Of a stretch of DNA of 64,000 bases, positions 1 to 11,438 are shown piece by piece. Location of the stretch: positions 372,001 to 436,000 of the forward strand of contig OZ287082.1 of the NCBI GenBank assembly GCA_965645245.1. The letters run 5' to 3'. Under the pieces are notes generated by a model. It ran no database searches. It had not been told where the DNA came from and saw only the letters and a program-made list of their open reading frames with translations. The stretch's first letter is position 1. Each line of letters begins with the position of its first letter. This stretch comes from Massalongia carnosa. Lineage: Eukaryota. The translations under genes were made by a program, and so were the position numbers.

Positions 1-436
1 ACCGGGCGTTATGACCCCGGTCTGCTCGTGCGGATGGCAGAAGCAGACAGCCAAACACATCATTCTACATTGCAGGCTAATCGACGGCAGATACGAAGTG
101 CTAAAACAAATAGGCACCAACGACTATCGAACGATCATGAGCTCGTCGAAAATGTTGAAAAAACTAACCACATGGATAATAAAAGCAAATTTGCTGACCC
201 AATTTTCACTAGCATCGCAACTGTTATACGAGTGATAACTATCATTTTGTCAAGGATTTCACAGAACATCGAGCGAAGAATGCAGTCCAGAAACGGAACA
301 CGTTTGGGATAATGGCGCAGTCTGCATGGTTTTTATCCCTTTAAAAGGTTTTCTCTGTAAGAATAAGTAGATAGCCCGCATGGGCCGGCCTTCGGCCGGT
401 GTCAGATCGGTACAAGAATCAATCATCATCATCATT
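1..436 (+). mobile_element. 3' end of family-B Tad1-like LINE (ORF2 C-terminal zinc finger, 3'UTR, short tandem-repeat tail)
   Basis: ORF 11..235 has CSCGWQKQTAKHIILHC, matching the ORF2 C-termini at 29284 and 51704. The conserved CCCGCATGGG/stem-loop 3' motif is at 375-404, and the tail aatcaatcatcatcatca at ~417-435. Confidence 0.88.
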
Positions 437-560
437 TAATCTTAATATTAAAGATACAATAATTAATTCGCAGATTAATTTCAATTTTATTATAATTAGT
501 AATTCGTATTATTTTACAGTAGATTCTGACGTTTGTTCGTACGAATCGTTATAAGATTAA

Positions 561-1009
561 TGCTGAAATAGGTATATGACTATGGCTATATAGCTATATA
601 ATAATAAAGGTATATATGACCGTGATGTTAAGGATGTGACGAAGCGAGATAGTGAATAGATTTCTACCATTGCGCCACCTGTCCTCCCGACCAAAAGGCA
701 CAATACTTATTCCGCAGACCAAGCTCTATTCTACTCTAACTAGGACTCCTGCTATGTTCGCTGTAGGTCCTGCCGTCCGCACCACGATTGGTCGAACCGT
801 TACAAAGGATAAAGAGTTGCTAGACAGCAATCTTTTCCTATTACTGGTCACACCCTTCTAAGCGAGGTGATCTTATCTTATATTGGGACTAAGCCTAATG
901 CGGCATCTACGGTTTCCGTAGATAATCTGTCTATCTAAGGCAGTCGTAGGTGCTATATTTATTGTACTGATAGGTGTTCATTATGCTAGTAGGAATTGAA
1001 TAATCAACA
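561..1009 (-). mobile_element. Solo LTR of the copia family seen at 23960 (interrupted by another solo LTR)
   Basis: Similar to the reverse complement of the 23960-24191 LTR. TG...CA ends; 5-bp TSD ATTAA at 556-560 and 1010-1014. Confidence 0.85.
635..804. mobile_element. 170-bp solo LTR nested in the 561-1009 LTR
   Basis: TGTGAC...GTTACA termini; TSD AAGGA at 630-634 and 805-809; inverted homolog at 23813-23959. Confidence 0.88.
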
Positions 1010-1149
1010 ATTAACTTATATAAACTTATCTAACATAAATAACATACATGACAAGATATCTCTTTTAAGTCTTATTTCTGTCGCGTAATGCAATTTTGAT
1101 AAACTCGAAATATTTTAGTTTATTTTAATAAATATATTATTTATATAAT

Positions 1150-1337
1150 TGCCGCCCCCACGACCTCTTATGTCAACTTTATGAACGTCTTATGAGGAAC
1201 ACAAACTCTCTCTTTATATTACTGTATAACGTCAGGAATGACTGAATAGGTACTATGCTACCCGTCTTAGCAGACCCAAACACTCAGGATTATAATATTA
1301 TCGGTATTCAAGAACCCTAACACAACCCCTTTACTTT
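1150..1337 (+). mobile_element. Heavily mutated family-B LINE fragment (ORF1/ORF2 junction and endonuclease N-terminus)
   Basis: Manual translation from ~1193, MRNTNSLFILLYNVRND*IGTMLPVLADPNTQDYNIIGIQEP*HNP, aligns to ISILQYNVRNDRVSTMIPLLADSNIQDYDIIAIQEPWRKP at 39394. Confidence 0.75.
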
Positions 1338-2080
1338 TAGTAATTCGGCTCGCGCGAAAGGTAATGCCGGGACCGAGTGGAGGCAGGCCGCGGATAGCCG
1401 ACGAAGGCCGAAGGTCGGATGTCCAAATAGTTGGACGTGAAGGGGAGAAAAAAGCATAAATAGGTGGCCTTTTGGCACTCTTCTCCTCATTATTACCATT
1501 GGTTCGGAGTTCAGCACCCAAATGTCTTTTGAAAGTCTTTCCCGAATTAAATACATCTATCAATTACTCACCCCCAATCCCATCATTCCAAATCACCTCC
1601 ACCTCTCACTCTATATTACCCTCCACACTGAGCCTATCATGCTTTTCCATCGCCCTCAAAGAATCATCAAGCCCTTCGTCTACTTCGAAAACACCTCCGG
1701 GATCGGTCAACGTTTCACTCGTTCCACCTGATCCCCTAAAAGAGGGGTCATAATTTCAGAAACACAGCCTCCTTCGAACACTCAAGGTTGGGAGGGAACA
1801 CTTCGGGACGATGTGATAGACGTTCATCGAACATTGGAATCAATCTCGGATCTGCTGTTGGATCTCAGGGCTCAGCAGGAGGCCACAAGGAGACCCGTCA
1901 CCTTCAAAAATCAAATCGCCGACAACTTGGCGGCCATTCAGCGCATAAGGGAGGGAAACACAGTCCCCGACGGAGACATCAAGGGACTACCCCACCTGAT
2001 TCGCTTCCTTGGGGTGCATTGGCAGGTCTTGCTTCATTTGGCATCATCCGGAATAAAAGAGAGTCTTTGTAGGGCCTTTC

Positions 2081-5000
2081 TGTTGGATGTTAGATGATGA
2101 GGCCACCATCATCATGGGCATCCATCATGAGCCTCGGGAGGTGCCTTGCGAAGTGCCTAAACAAGCAGAGATGGGAGACAAGGTCTGACCGTCCGGGGGA
2201 CAAGGTCTGACCGTCCGGGGGACAAGGTCTGACCGTCCGGGGGACAAGGTCTGACCTCCTAGATGTGACTGTTTTGTGACTGCTATATAAAGCAGACAAA
2301 TAGCCCACATAGATAATCACCTTCAATGACAATCATGCTATTATACCTACAAAGTGAATTTATATTTCATAGGTTATGAGCCCGGCTCACTTCTACTACG
2401 TTTGAATAAGCCCCTACATTGATTGTCAAACAAACTCACCTCCACCTCTTCCACCTATCTCATTCTATATATTATATATATTCCTTTTCATATCCCACTT
2501 CAAAATCCAAGCAACCAAAGGGACCCTCTTTTTTTTTTTCACCCCCCGCTCAGTAACCCCCCCTACTCCTAAGCACGATGGCCAAAGGGGAGAGTCTATA
2601 CACATTCCCAAAGCTAATGGGGAGTGGAAACTATAAGAAATGGTCCAGAGACATGGCCTTCGCCCTGCAGGAGGCGGAACTTTGGAACTACGTAACTGGT
2701 GCTCGGAAAATGCCTCGAGAAATTCCCCCTCCACCTCAAAAAGCTGATGAGACACCCCCGGAGGAAACAGAGGAACAGCTAGAAAAGCGGAACAAACGGG
2801 ACCTTGAACGCTTAGAGTTCTCGGAGAAACAAAGGAGAGTAGTTGGTAAAATAGGCAAGATGTGCACGGATGACGTGCAACAGGAATTCTTGTCGATGAG
2901 AGACCTAGCCAATGGGGGCATCTGGGACCCGAAGGACCTTTGGGAACACCTGACAACCCGATACACCCTCAGAAATTGGAGTGCGAAATGGAGCACATTC
3001 AACCGGCTGGAGGAGATAAACTATGAAAAATGCAAGACCATCGAAGAGTATGGTAGCCTAGTCAGGGATATTAAGGCCGAAATCACCGACATGGCCCTGA
3101 CCGTTGAGCACATTGTAGTACTCAAACTCCTCAATGGACTCGGCAGTTCATTCAATACCTACCTGACCATCCTGAACGAACAAGCTCGGCGGGAAGACAA
3201 ATTCCCGGCGTTGGATGACTTACTAAAAAACCTGGAGGACGAGGAGGCTCGTATGCGCCAGGACCCTGTCGCCGTAGCTAACATGCTGAAGGCAAAGGGG
3301 AAGAAGAACCCCACCGAACAGAGTAAGACCAAATGCAAATGCTGTGGTTATAATCACTCCGGAAAATGTAGGCATAGCAACGCTACATGTAGGAAGTGTA
3401 GTAAGATTGGCCATCTGGAACGCGTTTGTGAAAGCAAAGAAGGTAATGAAACCTCAAAACCCCAAATAGTTCGTACAATAAGGGAATGTTCCGGGAAAAG
3501 AACCCAGGAAACACCGCTTATTTGTATGGCAAATCTGTACCGAGGCCCCAAGAATGCCCACGATCTATTGATCGACTCCGGTGCCACCGCGCACATTATA
3601 TGCAATAAAGATCTCTTTCAAGAAGGGACCTTTCGGAGCGAAAATAGCTGTTTAGAAACAGGTTCCGGAGAGGTGTTATCGACAGAAGGGAAAGGCTCTC
3701 TACTCGTATCACTGGACAATGGAAATGGAGGTGTAACGGACCTCATTTTGACTAACGTCCTTTTCGTCCCCGACCTAAAATTCAACCTCATCAGCACAAT
3801 ACAACTCGGCAAAAAGGGCATATCAACGTACCTGATGGCGGATGACAAGCCCGCTCAACTGGTGCATAAAGGAAAGGTGGTTGGACTGGCCAAAACAATA
3901 AATAATCAGTATGTTTTGCAGACAACCACTATTAGCCCTACCGGAGCTCAGGCCCTCACCACCACAAACGGTACAAAGGCCCCTATCCAAACATGGCACG
4001 AACGACTCGGCCATCTCAGCTACCCAAACCTCCTAAAATTAAATCATTTAGCCAATGGAGTCACCATCGAAGGACCCATACCAGAAGAAGTATGCGGCTC
4101 ATGCATGATGGGAAGACAACAACGGAAAATAAATCGCACTCCACGAACCCGAGCAACAGAATTTCTCGGAATAGTGCATAGCGACTTAGGGGGACCATTT
4201 CCACTGACAAGGTTCGGTGAACGTTTTTATGCTACGATGAAAGACGACTTCTCCGGGGTAGTGTGGATCTACCTGCTGAAAACAAAGGGTCAAACCTTCG
4301 AATGTTTTAAGCAGTTCAAGACATGGATAGAAAATCAATCGGGAAAGAAAAAAATAAAGAGACTCCGAGCTCCGAGCTGATGGAGGAGGGAGTACACCAG
4401 TGGTGACTTCCAGAAATTCCTAAAGAGTGAAGGCATCCAGTGGGAGGCCCGGGCACCAAATGTGCCAGAACAGAATGGGAAGGCCGAAAGGCAAAATTAT
4501 ACCCTCATGGTCCCCACTCGGTCCATGATGAAGGCTAAAAAGCTCCCAAAGTCCCTTTGGGGGGAGGTCCTGAAGACGGCCGGGTACATCAAGAATAGAA
4601 GTCCCGGGGTTGATGAGGTCACTCCATATGAACGCATGAATAATGCGAAACCCTTCCTTGGCCACATGAGAACGGTCGGGGCTAGGACGTGGGTACATAT
4701 CCCAAAAGAGAAGCGCAAGAAGCTGGACGATAGGTCCTGGAAGGGGATATTTGTTGGGTATGAAGGAAACAATCAGTATCGAATTTACGATCCTCTCACT
4801 GGAAAAGTCCATGTTTGTCGCGATATCACCGTCGACGAAGGTAATATATATGATTCCAAGGATAAAAAGGCCTGGGACCTAGCCGACATTCCATGGGAGG
4901 GAGACGATGATGCTTTGTTTGATGACCCAGATGATTTTGTTGATGAAAACAAAAGTCATAATCCGCCATCTTCGTTGTCTCCGAAAACTCCGAGCTCTGA

Positions 5001-6396
5001 AATATCGAGAAGTTCGGAAGTTCAAAATGAAACGGCCCCACCAGCACCACGGATAGTGCTACATCCAATGGGAGTAAATGCTTCGGGGGGAGGCCGAGAA
5101 GAGGAGAATGGGGGGGAGAGTGACTCCGATGAAGTGGAGGACATTCCTCGCCAGCCCATCGAACCTCGAAGATCTGGACGAATAAGGGTCCCCAGTCAAA
5201 GAGCACTGGAGAACATTCGTCCCAGCATCAACACCGTATTCAGTTCAAACCAGGTCCCGAAATCCCATGAGCACATGGTGCGGGTGCTAGCAACCCTGGC
5301 AGGAGGCGAGGACAATGAGGGCCTCGATGATCCTTTGACACTGAAAGAGGCTATGTCCTCACCCCACTGGGATCAATGGAGAAAGGCCATGGAGTCCGAG
5401 TATCAATCGCTAGTGGAGAATGAAACTTGGACACTAGAAAGGGCACCAACTGATCGAAAGGTGATCACCGGTCGCTGGGTGTTCAAAATAAAGAAAGACA
5501 AAGATGGGAAAGTACTGAAGTACAATGCGAGATGGGTAGTTCATGGCTATAAACAAAAGGAAGGCCTGGACTACCTCGACACCTTTGCCACAGTGGTAAA
5601 ACCAGTCTCTTATAAGGCATTGATGGGAATCAGTGTAAAGAAGGGACTGTCCATTCATCACATGGATGTGGTGACTGCTTTCCTGTATGGCTTCCTAGAT
5701 GAAGCCATATATGTCATACAACCCACCTTGTTCGAAAAAGGGGAGAACAAGGTCTGCTTACTACGAAAGGCCCTATATGGCCTAAAACAATCCCCTCGTG
5801 TATGGTACCAGACCCTGCAGGATTTTCTGCAAAAGATGGGGTTTAAACGAACATATTCGGATCATGGAGTCTTTGTATCGGACGATATCTTTATAGCGAT
5901 TTACGTTGACGACCTTCTCATCTTCGGAAAAGACACCTCAAAATTGCAGCAATTGCAACACGAATTGAAATCCCGTTTCCGCATGACGGACTTGGGAGAA
6001 GTCTCCCATTATCTGGGAATCGAAGTCGATGTCAACATCGAAAAATCGGTTATAACTCTTCGACAAACAACTTACCTGAAGAAGGTGCTGCAGCGATTTA
6101 ATATGGTCGACTGCAGGCCCATTTCCACCCCCATGGACCCCGGTGCCGGAAACACACTCATGCCGTCGGATGACTAGGCCGACAAGGAAACAATTACCTG
6201 GTACCAGTCGGTGGTGGGCTCGCTGATGTGGCCAGCCATGCATACACGCCCCGACATCGCTTATGCAGTGGGAGTACTGAGTCGATATTGTTCGAACCCA
6301 GGCCCATTACACTGCAAATATCTTCAGCGCATTATGCGCTATATATCCAGTACCCTGAATACAGGCCTCGTGTTTAGAAAAGACACCGAGGACCAT
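2081..6396 (+). mobile_element. Ty1/copia LTR retrotransposon, 3'-truncated (copia-1)
   Basis: Putative 5' LTR ~2081-2371 (left edge uncertain) with a TATA box, then PBS GGTTATGAGCCC at 2372-2383. The gag-pol follows in copia order PR-IN-RT. Confidence 0.92.
2173..2256 (+). repeat. 22-bp tandem repeat (~3.7 copies) inside the copia-1 LTR
   Basis: GACAAGGTCTGACCGTCCGGGG units start at 2177, 2199, 2221 and 2243 (partial). Confidence 0.95.
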
Positions 6397-6399
6397 TGA
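2578..6399 (+). pseudogene. Copia gag-pol polyprotein, disrupted
   Basis: Zinc knuckle CRKCSKIGHLERVC, protease LIDSGAT, integrase WHERLGH..CGSC..HSD, RT YGLKQS and IYVDDLL. A 7-bp duplication (CTCCGAG) near 4364-4377 gives a stop at 4378-4380, there is a TAG at 6175-6177, and the frame is cut off before RNase H. Confidence 0.93.
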
Positions 6400-7053
6400 T
6401 GGGCATGACGATTTATTCATCGATGCAGCGAGGCTCTGTTGATTCGGTCATTTGTCTAGTTCGGCTATGCTGAGAGCTAGTGCGTCGTTAATCGAGACAG
6501 CTCCCCCTTTGATTTCGGCACCGCATGGATCTCTCGGACGGCATAGATGTCTCAGCACCATAAGGATGTCTCAGCACGGCATAGAGATCTTAGCACCGCA
6601 TCGATCCTTCGGACGACAGTTAGGTTTCGGATTTGTGTATGCCTTGCTATGGGCCGCGTTGATGGGGCATACTGGGATGGTAGAGTAGGACAAGGAGAAT
6701 AGGAAGAAGATATATAAAGAGGAGGTCCCAGACGGTATCCCTCATCATCTCACATCTCAAGACAATCAAAAAGCATAGCATTTTGATAGCACTGTTTGCA
6801 ACGTTTTCTTTCCCACCCACCCACTCCAGTTCTTCTGTCGCTTAGATAGAGGGAGTCTGTTCACAGCCCAAGGCCTGCGAGAGGGTCTTACATTAGTAGA
6901 CAGCAAGGCCCTTATCGAGTCCCCCTCTCGAGGCCGGGGGCTGTGAGCAATAGCCCAAACATACTTAGTAGCAATATAACGAGATTGACACGAACTAGTT
7001 GTTTGTTTCATCCTTCTATCGTTCGCCACCACCCAGTTTATCCCTTCACAACA
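6397..7053 (+). mobile_element. Probable LTR or LTR-like insertion that truncates copia-1
   Basis: Starts TGATGGG and ends CACAACA. Imperfect ~21-bp subrepeats at 6517-6615 and TATATAAA near 6711. No matching TSD found. Confidence 0.45.
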
Positions 7054-7123
7054 TGAGAGACTAGACAATCGTTCAGCATTATCGACCTTGTATACGTATC
7101 GGAGAATTTAACCGAAAGATTAG

Positions 7124-7193
7124 TGTTAGAATGTACAAATCAGGCTACTTCATTTCAGCCGCACTCACCTTCTACCGCACGAGTATGGTGCAC
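7124..7193 (+). mobile_element. 70-bp 5' fragment of the copia-3 family LTR
   Basis: TGTTAGAATGTACAAATCAGGCTACTTCATTTCAGCCGCACTC... is nearly identical to the reverse complement of 59133-59202. Confidence 0.9.
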
Positions 7194-10100
7194 TCTAGAA
7201 GAAGCATAGTGTAACAGGTTTTCTCTCTTTGCATCAGTCATTGCAGGGTCAAAGCCTAGACTGAGGAGATACTGAAAATCTTTGAAATGCCCGCCTCTGG
7301 CGGCAAGCTGAAGTGGCGTTCCATCGTGTAGATCAAGCAGAAGTGGAGTTTCATAGTATTGCTCGTAGATTAAGCGCAATAAATCCGTATGACCTTGAAG
7401 GGCAAGGAGATGCATGAAGGAATCATAGTCACAATCAAGAGATTTGAGATCAGAACCGGCTTCTAGAACTAGCTTGACGACTTCGACACGGTCACTTTCA
7501 CCGGAAACCATAAGTGCCTTACAAATGTCCTTCGGCATATTGACGTCGGCGCCGCGCCGTTATCGAGCAGCAGCCTCACAATCTGCTCGTCGCCTCTATT
7601 AGAAGCTACTATAAGTGCGTTATCACCGTCTAGATCCTGAGCATTGACGTCGGCGCCGTTATCGAGCAGCAGCCTCACAATCTGCTCGTGGCCTTTTTCA
7701 AAAGCTAATATAAGTGCGTTATCATCGTATCGACCCTGAGCATTGACGTTGACGCCATTATTGAGTAGCAGCCTCACAATTTGCTCGTCGCCTCTTTTAG
7801 AAGTTACTATAAGTGCGTTATGACCGTCTCGATCCTGAGCATTGACGTCGGCGCCGTTATCGAGCAGCAGCCTCACAATCTGCTCTTTGCCTCTATTAGA
7901 AGCTAATATAAGTGCGTTATCACCGTATCGATCCTGAGCATTGACGTCGGCGCCGTTATCGAGCAGCAGCCTCACAATCTGCTCTTTGCCTCTATTAGAA
8001 GCTACTATAAGTGCGTTATCACCGTATCGACCCTGAGCATTGACGTCGGCGCCGTTATCGAGCAGCAGCCTCACAATTTGCTCGTGGCCTTGATATGAAG
8101 CTGCTCTAAGTGCGTATTCAAAATGTCCACCTTGCGCATTGACGTCAGCGTCATTATTGAGTAGCAGCCTTACGATTTGCTCGAAGCCTTTCTCGGAAGC
8201 TGCCGTTAGTGCGTAATCAAAATATCCACCTTGTGCATTGACATCAGCCCCTTTTTCAAGTAGCAACTTTACAATCTGCTCATGACCTTGTTCAGAAGCA
8301 CTCTGAAGTGCGTTGCTGTTCCAGCCTTCTCCATCCTGCGCGTTAACGTCGGCGCCTTTTTCAATTAACAGCCTTACGATTTGCTCGTAGCCTTTGTCGG
8401 AAGCTGCCGTAAGTGCGTAACCAAAATTTCCACCTTGCGCATTGACATCAGCCCCTTTTTCAAGTAGCAGCTTCGCCATCTCAAAATGCCCATCTTGTGC
8501 CGCAAGGTATAGGGGAGTCTGGTCAAAGCTGTCTTTGTTGGTAACTGCGATCTCTACCTCGTGAACTTGGCATGGCAATATTTTCTCTGACATAAGACAC
8601 AACCCAAATCGTGCAGTCAAATGCAAACCTGTTGTTTCCTTAGGATACTGTTGACTGTAGCCCTCAAATTTATAAGCTGGAGCTAATAACACCTGTGCAG
8701 CACATGAAATTAAACCTTTATGAAGAAGAAATGAACAAACTTGCTCACACGCCTCGCCTTGAACTGTTATTGCATGCTCTCCCCAGTGCTTGGCAGCATA
8801 GTCTAGGAATTTGCTTTGCCGAAGCCTTTTCTCAAACTCTTCATCAGTGGCACTACTACCATACTTGAAAGCATCAAAGCAGAGGTAGGTAAGACATGTT
8901 GACGTGATTTGCAGCAGAGCACTAGGTATCCACTGTTCCCTAATGCGCTCAAAGTATTCCTGTGCAGTGTAGTGTACAAGTCGGATTATGTCGCTCTCCG
9001 GGTCGACCACGACAAGACCGGCGCATACTGATATCAAGTCTTCAATTTCAGGTATGTTCTCTGGGTCAAGCTCCATCTCCTCTGGCTCTACTGCCAAAGC
9101 ACAGCATATCTCAGCCGTGTTCATCGGCCTTATCGCGTACGTGATCCAGTAGAGGACCTTCTTTGCTCGTTTCAAATCCTCACTTAGTTGGCATTCTATT
9201 CTTTGAATAGCGCCTCTATATGCGTCATCGAGTGCGGTGAAGCCTTTGGAGAGTCTGATTAAAGTTGATTTAACCTCTTTCGAGGTCCTCTTATCTAGGA
9301 GCGAATCTATATACAGGCGAGCGAGAAGGAACTTAGGAACCAGTAAGCCTATTCTAATCCTAACAAGCCGAGAGTAAAGCTTACATGCCGCTTGCCGCCT
9401 CTATTATTTTGTCTTGCATCAAATTCTGTAGAGCAGCGTCACGCTGAATGCATCTCGGCAGCCGGTGAACCTGACCAGCTACAAACCGCTTCACGTCCTC
9501 GTCGCTTGCCCGTACCTCTAGTCTTAGCGCTGCTTTGAATTCATTAATGATATCTGGAATGTTGCGCGAGGTGACCATTATGCGTAAGTCTGTCTTGGCT
9601 TGGAGATCATGAAGTTTGGCTAGAAAGAGACGGCGAGTGCCATCGCTGTCTCGACACTCATCTACAGCATCGATTACGACGTGTACGGCAGATAACTTTG
9701 CAAGCACGTATAGCAGAGCCGCAAAGATCTCATCAACTGACGGTCTCGTCTTCTGTTTGTCATGCTCCACGTATAATCGTTCCACAGGCTCCATAAGTGA
9801 TGATCGGGTCTGTACTAGCTGCTTGAGAATAGCGGCCAGCAGATTGCTAGTACTCTGCTCTTCCTGAGCCTTGTAGTTACAGTATACATAAGCGACTCCG
9901 ATGGAGCTGCTCTGTACTGTCTTCAATAAGTGGTCAACGGCGATGGCTGCTATCATAGTCTTGCCGGACCCAGGAATGCCAGGACAGAAAAGCGTCCCTT
10001 TCGGCTCTCTGAGCCACTGCGCGACCTCGAAGGCGTTGAGAAACCACTGGCCAGTCCCTTGCTGTCTGCGGCCAATGATATCAGATTGTTGTGCAGGAAA

Positions 10101-10706
10101 GTCCGTGGGTGATATCCATTCCATGAGCTTGCCATGTTGCGCATGTTCGGCTTCATGCCGTATGAAGTTAGTATCGTTCCTTATAAGTTCCACGTTACTG
10201 CGGGTTGCATCTCCACTCTCTTTCATCGCTTGAGATAGTTTACTTGATACGTTAGCGACCTCATTAAAATGTAGCTAACTACTGATATGAATTGACAAGT
10301 GATCCATCTGCAATGCAACCTCTACGAGTGTCTTTAGGCGTTCCATCCCGCCTAATATACTGGCAATATCCTCTTTCTTAAACATTCATACTAACGCCTT
10401 GCCCGCCTTCCTTATCTTGCCCCCGCCGGTTATCTTTTTCTGTAGCTGCTCTAGCGCTTGCTTGAACTGATCAAGCGGACCATTCTCAGTTGCAAGGACC
10501 CGGACCGCAGTGTAACACGGAGTATTAGAGTCTCCTTCCTCGAGGCGGAACCTGAGGGCTGTGAGAAGACTGTGAAGGTTGGCTGCCTCAACCGCGCAGT
10601 TTGCGCGTTCTTTCGAGGCATCTTCAACATCGATCAGGTATCCAAGAACCTTACTCGAAAGCTGGAGAATAGCAATAATGCTTGCTGTTGTACTGATTGG
10701 GTCCAT
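7194..10706 (-). pseudogene. Fungal NLR-like gene (HeLo-like N-terminus, NACHT NTPase, ankyrin repeats), pseudogenised
   Basis: N-terminus MDPISTTASIIAILQL; NACHT Walker A GIPGSGKT and Walker B VVIDAVDEC, plus RLVHYTAQEYF; more than 10 ANK repeats. Introns at 10243-10296 (GT..GCTAAC..AG) and 9333-9384. Lesions: TGA at 10386-10388 (W expected), the intron-2 acceptor reads AA instead of AG at 9333, a 5-bp GCGCC duplication near 7549-7558, and a 3' end replaced by an LTR fragment. Confidence 0.9.
7540..8480 (-). repeat. 99-bp ankyrin-coding tandem array with high internal conservation
   Basis: The unit GCATTGACGTCGGCGCCGTTATCGAGCAGCAGCCTCACAAT recurs about every 99 bp; protein unit EQIVRLLLDNGADVNAQ. 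Confidence 0.95.
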
Positions 10707-10981
10707 GTGGAAGGTGAGCGAAGTTTGCGGAGACGTAAGGGAGGATGATTGAGGAGTTCAACACACGATAAAAGACGGAAGGCTTAGGGGCGGACGAGCT
10801 GAAAAGAAAGGACAGGTGCGGCTGCAGCAAGGCTGAAGAGCTTTGTGCACGCGGTTCACTTCGTGCTGTAGAATGCATTATCGATAGAATCAGGTTTACT
10901 CGTCTTAAAATGTTATTATACTGCATGCTGAATTTGTTTAAGAAAAATAGTAAGAGTGACTATTTGTCGACGATAAAGAAT

Positions 10982-11056
10982 TAATCGTGCTAAACCACTT
11001 TCGGAAAGGAAGGGCATCCCTTACCCTTTCATTCCGAAAGTGGTTTAGCACGATTA
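10982..11056. mobile_element. Miniature inverted-repeat element (~71 bp, TA-flanked)
   Basis: TA-ATCGTGCTAAACCACTTTCGGAA...TTCCGAAAGTGGTTTAGCACGAT-TA: a perfect 25-bp inverted repeat including the TA. Confidence 0.75.
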
Positions 11057-11438
11057 GTATAACTTTAGCGTTCGCAGAGGAGCTAGTGAAAAGAGAACAA
11101 AGAGTAAGCGGCAGCGCGTAAACGGACACGTAGCCGCCTATGAACGCTATAGAAGCCTGCTTCGAGGCGTCACACTGTAAAATACAATCAGATCCTGTTT
11201 CGTTACGTTGTAATTAAACTCACGTCAAGACGCGAGGCTTTCGCTATTTTTCTTCTTTTCAGTAGAATTTTCAAACGTATATTCCTGAAGCTTGAGTGCA
11301 CAGATTTCTATTCGAATTCTTTCGTGATGAATCTCTTATATCATGATTTCACAATTTCAAGATATTTAGCTTGTCGTGTCGAAACAGTTGAAGACATTAA
11401 AGCGACTCTCGATGTCATCAATGAAGAAATCGAGAATT

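Noticed and set aside
2173..2256. CRISPR-like array (also considered for 24708-24895 and 7540-8480)
   Set aside because: Head-to-tail tandem repeats without unique spacers, in a eukaryotic TE or ankyrin-coding context.
6397..7070. Self-priming PBS for the 6397-7053 LTR-like segment (ACTAGACAA versus TTGTCTAGT at ~6452)
   Set aside because: The complement lies upstream of the TATA box, so it would not be at a transcript 5' end; element boundaries are also unconfirmed.
7155..7538. Independent 127-aa ankyrin gene
   Set aside because: It is the frameshifted continuation of the NLR after a 5-bp duplication, with an LTR-derived tail.
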